A stretch of DNA of 64,000 bases from a virus, in IMG/VR virus record IMGVR_UViG_3300044716_000068. The stretch is one strand, 5' to 3'. The notes beneath the pieces are model-generated. The model made no database searches. It was not told the DNA's origin and saw only the letters and a program-made list of their open reading frames with translations. Each line of letters opens with the position of its first letter. Positions within the stretch are counted from its first letter, which is position 1. Made by a program: the position numbers and the translations under genes. Positions 16,984 to 25,900 of this stretch are shown piece by piece.

Positions 16984-19900
16984 TAGCAGTTGTTTACATT
17001 GTTATTTTCTATCTCTGGAAGACCAGGAGCTTTGATTTTCTTAACCTTTTTAGATACAGCCTTAGGAGCATTATCTTTCTTCACCTCAAAATACTTTCTA
17101 ATATCATCATCTTCTTTCTCAATGGTTTGAATAAAGCCATTAGGAATTACAGATTCTCTAGCATTTTCATAGAACTCATTAGCTTTGTAGCTATCTCCCC
17201 ATGCATTGATCATCTTGTAGATGAATGTATCAGCACCATAGAAGTTCTTGATAGCAAATGGTGTATCACCATTATATACCTTCTTGAACAATCCTTTCTT
17301 GATGTAAGAGAAGTCACCATCTTTTCTCATCTTAATCTTCTCTGACTTAGTTCCTTCTTCCCATGTGTACACAATGTAGTCACTCTTAGACTCACGTGCC
17401 ATGTGATGTATCTTTACTAACTGAGGAGTCTTACCTGCTTGGATATCAAGATTTAATGCTTCATTCTTCTTGAACTGTATGCCATTGCTGTAATACCAGT
17501 TACCTTGATTGTCCTGATTGAATGTAGCTTTCTTGTAAGGAACAACATCATCATCAGCCCAGTTGTTTCTTTGGAATACACCTAGTTTATAAAATTGATC
17601 TAAGTTAGGCATTTTATCCAACTTAGACAAAGTTTTGTTATATATTTTTGCAAAGTCTTCGTAAGGAAGTAAGTTAGTAAATGATATAGGACTGTTAGCA
17701 ATACCAGATTGTAATACAGAAAGTCTAACTAACTTATCATATATAGGGTCTTTGCCAAGATAAGACTTAAGTTCTTTGAAGCCATATATCATTTGGTTTT
17801 GATCATATGTCTTATTGTTCTTATTCTTAATCTTAATGTTATTAACTCCATCCTCTGTAGGAGAAGGTAGGTTTTCTAACAGATTAACTATAATGTTGTC
17901 AAACAATTTATGGTTAGGATCTGCTTTAACCTTATTTACAAAGTCTGTAATTTCACCAGCAGCATTGTCATCACCTAATAACATACCACTGATTTCTTGG
18001 TTAAGCTTTTGGTCCACCTGTACAGCCCAATCAAATAGATTAGTTACAGCCTTTCTAGACACATTAACAAATTCATCATCTGACATATCTGTATATGGTA
18101 GAAGCACATTCTCAAGAACACGTCTAGTGTTGTTTTTATCAGAGGTAAGAATCTCAGCATAAGCATTTCTGATGTTGCCAATTCTTTCAGCTAACTTACC
18201 TAAGAAAGAGTTTGCTAATATGTCATCTACAGAAGAGATGATTGTGTTCTGTGCTTTGAGCAACTGTTGTTGTTTCTTAAACACTAAGAATGGATCATTG
18301 AATGTAGCTGTATCAAAGTTAGATCCTTGAGTGACAAGAAACATTTGATTAGCCATCCTAGCATATTTTAAGAACTCATCCAACATAAACTGTTGTTCAG
18401 CTTTCTGATCTTGGTTTAAGTTGTTATTTCCCACTGTACTAGATAACTTAGATGCAGAAGGTATAGTTGTAATCTTACTAAAGTTATAGTTATCAGCCAC
18501 CTTATACTTAGGGCTTTGTTTCATTTCTTTAACAAAGTCTTCAATGAATAACCAAGAGTATCCAGCATTTTCAATCTTACGTAAGTAATCACGTATGATT
18601 GGTTGGTTCATGAAGTAGGAGATATCCTCAATAGGCACACCAAGCTTAGTTAAGAATAACCAAGTGGAAGCTGTATTAGGAGTGGCACCTAGTTCCATGA
18701 TCCATGGACCCTTAGAGATATCCACGTATCCATCAATAAACTGACCAATGATATCTGAAATGTAATCTCCTTTAGCATTCTTAACCATAGACAATGTAGC
18801 AACAGGTTTGTTGTTTATCATTATCTTATTGTAATCCTTAAAGTTAATTTTACCATTACCTATCCATGCTCTGTCAGCACTATCTAACATAGCTAGTTTG
18901 TCTGTGTCAACATATATAGGTTGTCTTTGGTTAAGAGAGTGGTTTGTTTGGTTTACAGCAGCAATACCAATTGCATACTTACCAGATACAAACGCTTGTC
19001 TTAATCTAGACATAAAGTTTCTATCTAACATATTGCCTGGAGTGTCATAGTTAAATGATTCAAATCCAAGCTTTCTTGTAATCTTCTTAGCCAACCCTTT
19101 CATTTGGTCTGCAGAGTTAGGCTTAGTTAATGAAGCAAAGTTTTCTTCTCTTGTAATTAAGTTTTCCATTGACTGGATATACTCATTCTCAAGACTCTTC
19201 TTGTACATTCTATCTACAAACTTTTCCATTAGAACTGCCTGTAAATCAAGGTCATACAAGTCTTCAAGTTTTTTACCTGTCTCTTCCAACTTAGTCATCA
19301 ATGCATCTTCAATCTCAATAACAGATAAACTATCCCCAAACATATTCTGAAGTATAGGAATCCATTTCTCAGCAGTCTTGCTAGAAGCTTCGCCAAGAGC
19401 AATGTCACTTAATAGGTTTTGTAAGTTGCCAAGTTTTGTTTTGCTTTCTTGTGTAATCTTAATCTTGTTTTCAGATATATCAGCATACAAGTCTTCAAAC
19501 TTTTCTTTAGCAGCATCACCAATACCATAGTAAGGAACTAGTTTGATGTTGCCAAGACCATCCTTATAAGTATTCTTTAAGTATATAAATAACTTATCAA
19601 TGTCAAAGTCAGAACCAGCTTTCTTAACTAGGGCAGAAGGAATCACAACACTGTCACCAAACTCTCTAGGAAGGAATTGCTTAATCACAATTGCATCAAT
19701 AGAGTTTTGTTTCTGTGTAGGGATACGATATGCCACACCTTTTAATATCTTCTGTCCTTCTTCTGTATTGTTTAAATAGTCAAGAAGTTCTGCGTCAGTC
19801 TTATTGCTGTCAAACCATCTACCTACCATCACCTCAGCTACACGCTCACCCTCTTTGTTTGTATAAAACTTAAGGACGTCAGATGTATATCCTTTACCAT

Positions 19901-22900
19901 CCTTAGATTTAATTCTATTCTCTTCTAAAAATGTAGAAGGAATCTGTACCTTTTGACCACCAGACATCTTTGGTGTAATCACCTCTCTGTCTGCAATAGA
20001 ATATAGGATGTTTCTGATTTGTTGGTAAGCAGGAGTTGCTTCAATAACAACTTTGCCTTCTAAGAAACCAGCTAACGCATCAGCCACATTATCATTAACT
20101 TCTCTTTTAAGAATCTCTCTACGTAATAAGTTAGCAGATTTGGAGAAGTCTGCAATCTTAAACTTACCATTCTTTAACTCCTTGATTCCCATTTGTTTAA
20201 GAAGGCTTTGATAACCATTATCAATCATTGCTTCTAATAACTCTTGGTTATGCTTAACCTCATTGTATAAGTTTTTACCATCATTATAGGTAGACTTATT
20301 CTTAAGAGCATTCCATTTATCAAGACGCTGATTAAAGTTATCACCTGGCTCAAAGTCAATAGGTACACCAGCTTCCATGTAGTCAAGAGTGACTAACTTA
20401 GTAACCTGACTACCTCTAGTTACAACAGGCTCATCTTTAGATGGAACCTCAGATTGTATAGACATGATACCAAATGGTACATTAACAATACCTACATAAG
20501 GAGCTTCGTTGAATTGATCATTCTCATTGTATGGTTCGTTAAGCTCTTCAGCTCCCACCTTTCTACCAGACTTAAATACTGTGTAATCAATGTTCTCAGC
20601 TTGCATTTTATTGTAAAACTTAATGCTGTTTGATTCAGGATTAAGTTGATGTAACACCCTGAAGCTCAATGGATAAAGAGCAAACTTATCTAATACAATA
20701 TCATTATAAGATCTGCCATTAGCTTTGTTACCAGACACAATAGGTTTAAGAGGAGTGTATGCACTCTTTACACCTGGGTTCTTTTTATTAAACTCAGCAA
20801 TCTCTTCCTTACTTGCACCAGACTTAACAAGCTTCTCATAAGCAATATCAAATCTGTATTGTGATTCCTCATTATCATTCCACTCACCTGCACGTATTCT
20901 AAAGTTGCGATAGGCCTTCATGGTAATAATACCACTACCATCTGTTTCTTCCCAAGCTTCTTCTTGATAGCCAGGAAGATCACCAGTTGCTAAGACATCA
21001 GAATATGTTGCTGTTCTGAAATAGTCTTGTGTGAAGTCTGTGTTTCCTATATCACCTTCATCAAATCCTTCATTCCAAATGTTATTCAACGCAGCGTTCA
21101 TGCTTGCTGAATTAGAAATAATAGATTGACGTGGAGATAGGAAACTCTTGATACGCTTTAACTCATCCTTATATTGATATGGATCTGAGTATAATAATTT
21201 ATGTAACTCAATGTTGTTAATCATGAAATTGATTTGCAACATTTCAAGTTCTCTATTTAAGTTTTCTGTTGTAGTGGTGCCAGATTGAGCAAACGCTAAG
21301 TTTTCAACAAACCAAGTTTCTTTCTCTTCTCCTTTGGTAATGATACCATAGTTGCTAAGACTTCTTTTGAATGCTGCTGTCTTTTCAACAATATACTTAG
21401 TGATGGCTTCATCTATTGCGTTTACATTTGTATTCTCGTCAGTGAATGCTTCGTACACTTCTTGTGGTGTAAGCACTTCACCATCTTCACCCATCACTTG
21501 ATCGTGTAACTCTTCACCAAGGATATCCTTGAAGAAGCGTAACTCATTGGTGTTTCTTGTAAATGGACGAGTCTCTCTAGCTAATTCAATCTCAGAGAAT
21601 AAATATCCTCTGAATGTATCTAGTACACCACCTGGTTGATCATAACCTGCTCTGATTGATTCCTTAGAAATAAAGTTGCCCATGTTTACCATGTGCTCAA
21701 GAGAAGCATCACCAGGTACAAGGTTATAATAGTAACCAGCAAGGTTCATATTAATCTCTTGTACTAAACGTTGTTTATATGTAAGCTTAGAAGATTGTTT
21801 CTTTTTACCATTACCTTGGTCTAATGTACCATCAGCCCAAGAAGCTTCCATTAACTTTTCTGTACCTTTTATACGATTACCTCCTTCAGCAATATTGAAC
21901 ATCTGTCCTAGGATAACTGAGTTCTTAGCAAAGTTATCTGTAAGTAAATATGAATATGGAGTATCACGTAAGTCATTGATATTCTGTGCTTTAGAAAGAA
22001 CATCTGATAATTTACTTAAAGCATTAACACCAATGAATGATTGTGTAGCATCTCCATTTACATTGTAGAATACACTATCAAACTCAGGGTTATCTATCTT
22101 AGCTTTGATATTAGCTAGTTTTAATAATCTACCATTGATAGATAATACACTACCAGAGAAGGTAGCTATCTTATTTAATTCAGTGAAACTTTTCTTAATA
22201 CCCTTTACTGATTCTGAGAAGTCATCTTGATCCTCACCTGACATTTCTAATAGGTCAGCTTTGTTAAATATAATACCAAACTTCTTTAAGAAGTTAAGTT
22301 GCTCATCTAATGTATCTACAGCAAACTTAGAAATAACAGCTTTACCATTAGCATCTACAACAGGCATGTAAGCCTTTTGCAAACTGCTGTAATGGAAGTA
22401 TCCATTTTGTTTCTTTACAGAAACAACAATAGCATTTAAGAAATCTTGATTAAGTTGTCTTGCAGCAGTGGCAAAGTTAGAATCACCCACTTGTACTTCT
22501 CCATTAGGTAATATGTATAAGTTCTTTACAATAGGACTTTGCTTATTGAAAGTTCTCCATAGAGCTGAAACTAATTGAAGGTCATGTCTGTTCTTCAAAT
22601 CAGTAAACTCAAATGTATCCATATTATATGAACTCTTTGATATGCGTTCATATAGAGTGCGATAGTTTTCATCATTCTCAGCTAGTTTGCGAAGACCCTC
22701 AATCATTTCATCAGGGCTATTAGCATTGTGTGTTTGGTTCATGATAGCCATAAACACTTGACTAGTAGGAAGTAAGGTGGCACCATTGATAGATGAATAC
22801 ACAATTTTACCTTCTCTTACAATAGGTATTGTAGATAGTAACATCTTCACAGCAGCGTTTGCTCTCTTGAAGTTATCTATCTGAGTGGCTTCACCATATG

Positions 22901-25900
22901 GATCTTCTTTAGCTTTATCAGTTATGTAAGCTGCTTCATTGTTATTATCAAACTCAATGTTATAAGCAGATAAGTATTCTTTATGTTTTTCAACTAACTC
23001 ATCCCAGTTGTCTGTAATCTTTTGCCATAACGCTCTAGACTTCTCTTTAGTAGGAGCTGCTTGCTCTTCAGTGATTGTACCTTGATCTACTAAATCTTCA
23101 GCAGCCTTCATTGTTTTAAGGGCTGTCTTTTGTAAATCTTCTTTAAGCTCTTGGTATAATTCTACTTTGTTTATGCTTGGAATAGTGAAGAGACTCTTGT
23201 TATTCTTTGTAAACTTACCTAATGTTACATAGGTCATTTGTTGCATGATGTCATGTACAGTTTGACCAGGTAGATCCTTAAGGCGATACTCACTATTAGC
23301 CCCACCATAAGCATCTGAAATATCTATAATGCCATTCTTAGCATATGATAATTTAGAACCTAAAGGAGAATATTCTTTATAGAAACCACCAGTCATTCTC
23401 TTGAATAACTCTTCTGTGTTTCTTGCAGCTTGAGGACCATAGAAGAATGACTTGATAAAGTTAACTAAGTCATTAAACAACTTAACAATAAATGGTTGTC
23501 CTTTACTTGGCTTAGTTGGAACTTTGCCATATTGTACAAAGTCTCTGAATTCCTCAGCTAATTGTTCTTTGATTTGGAAAGCAGTGGCATTAGAATATTT
23601 AATCTCTTGTCCTGTAACTCTATCTACAAAACTACCACTTCTATCTTTGAATTCACTTACAATGTTATCTCTTTCCTCAGGGCTAGAGAACATCTTCCAT
23701 ACAGCTTCAAACACTTCATGATATGCTGTACCAACTTCTGCGTTGGCATATACATACACACCACCATTCTTTAACATACCCCAAGCTTCTAATCCATTAG
23801 TTCCTCTGATTATATTCTTAACTCTGTATAAAGGAATGTTAGGGAAGTTTGCTTTAAAGAAAGCTTCTATCTTAGGCCAGTCTTCTTTTTCAAACTTAGT
23901 GATTTGATCCTTAGTCTTAATACGAAAAGGAGCATCATCACCCATGCTATTCAATTGTCTTCTGATTAACTCTTCTGCATCAGGAGTAGTTGTAACAATC
24001 TGTGCAGCTTGTTTCTCTTCAGCTTTAGTAGTAGGTTGCTTTTCTAAAGCAGCTAGTTCTGCATTATATTTAGCATTAATAGCTTTAACTCCAGCTACTG
24101 TAATGTCTCCTGATTTATATTTATCTAACTCTTCTTTTCTTCTTTTTTCTATATCAGCTTCTTCAGCAGAAACAGGAGCAATAGATTGCGCTGCTTGTTG
24201 AGGAGCAACCTTATTATATATAGATGCTACTAAAAGATCTGTAGCTTTATTCTTGTCAATATTTCTACTCTTAGCTAATGCTTCAATAGCTTTGGTATTA
24301 CCTGGATCATCTTGAACTAAACTAATACCTTTTTTACCACCACTAGTTTCAAGTTCTTTAGCATCAGCTACAAATGTAATCTTTCCTAATTGAGGATTGT
24401 CAATTACATTAGGTGTTTGATTATCAAGGATATATCTAGCTGTAGCTGTCTCAGCTAACTCACCTGTTCTAACAGCACCAGGAGTTAATAGAGTTGGTTT
24501 TTCTTTACCAACCTTTTCAACCACTCCTGCATATCTATCAGCAGTGTCTGTAACTACAAAGTAGATACCTTCTCTGTTTGTATCACCCACACCTTTAGTT
24601 GGTCTGATAGGTACAGTGAGAGGAGTCTCTTGTCCAGTTCTACCTTCTGTAGATAATAAGTATGATTGATAGTTCTTCCAAGTCTTAGATTTGATTTTAC
24701 CATCAGCAGTTACAGATGTAATTTGCTCATATGGTTTATTCCAATTAGACAAATCTTTAGCAACATAAGCAGATCTTATATTACCATACATCTTTTGTAT
24801 TTGCTCAACTATCTTATCTTTATTTGATTCAACACCAATAGGACTAAATGGTACGTTCATACCTTCATTAGAAATGTTTAATTTCAATCCTATTAATCCT
24901 GCTTTGTCAAACCAGATGCTATTAACACCAGCTTGGTTCTTTGGATTACCCCAGTATACAACACTTCTTAACCATTCTAATAGACGAGTGGCTTCAGCAG
25001 AACTAAGGTCACCATCTGTATATTTAATCTCTGATAGTCTGTAGATAGCATCATATATTAATGTAGCTTCTTGTAAACTATGTTGTTTGTTTTGTAAAGC
25101 AACATATCCATTAGCACCAATTAGGAATGGTTTTCCTAATGCTTTGGTATAACGTGTTGATCCTCTTGATATTACACCATCTCCCAATGTTGGAACATAT
25201 ATAACAGGCTTCTCAGCTAAGTCAGATTGTTTAATCAATCCAGCTTCTGTTACACCTGTTCTAGCATTCTCTACAGCTTTACCTTCAGTGTCTACCGCTG
25301 GTTGAGGTATACCAAAAGATGCTTCTATTTTATGAGGTTCAAGTTCTTTATTTTCTAATGTATCTTCTACAAACTTTGTATACTCTTTAGTAATGGCTTT
25401 CATTACATTGTCAGGAGTTCCCTCTCTGAACATGCTCTTTCCACCATACTTTTCACTCCATTGGAGTTTAGGGTCAGGCATTACTTGGAACACAATCTTA
25501 TCAAAGTTGCTTCCTATTATTGGTTGACCATCAACACCTACAAGCTTTACACCATTGCCTGATTGTTCAACCATTACTAATGCAATAGTTTTAGCAGGAT
25601 CTACATCACTAGTTCCCTTGATGTGATTCATTAATCCACCAAGTCCTAATGTTTCTTCATTAGCTAATGTAACATACACACCACGTATCTTCTCCCTGTT
25701 AGGAAAGTTGTATAGATTTGCACCAAATGCAACAGAGTTCTTATAACCAGGAAGTTGCTGTGTAGCAACTGTGGCCCTAGGAACTACAGTGGTATCTTTT
25801 CTATTGTCTGTATCAGTTACATATAATGTTGGAACAGGAGTGTCTGTGGGCACTGAGTCAGTGTCTGATGTAGAAAGGACTTGAGCATTACCTTTCTGAT

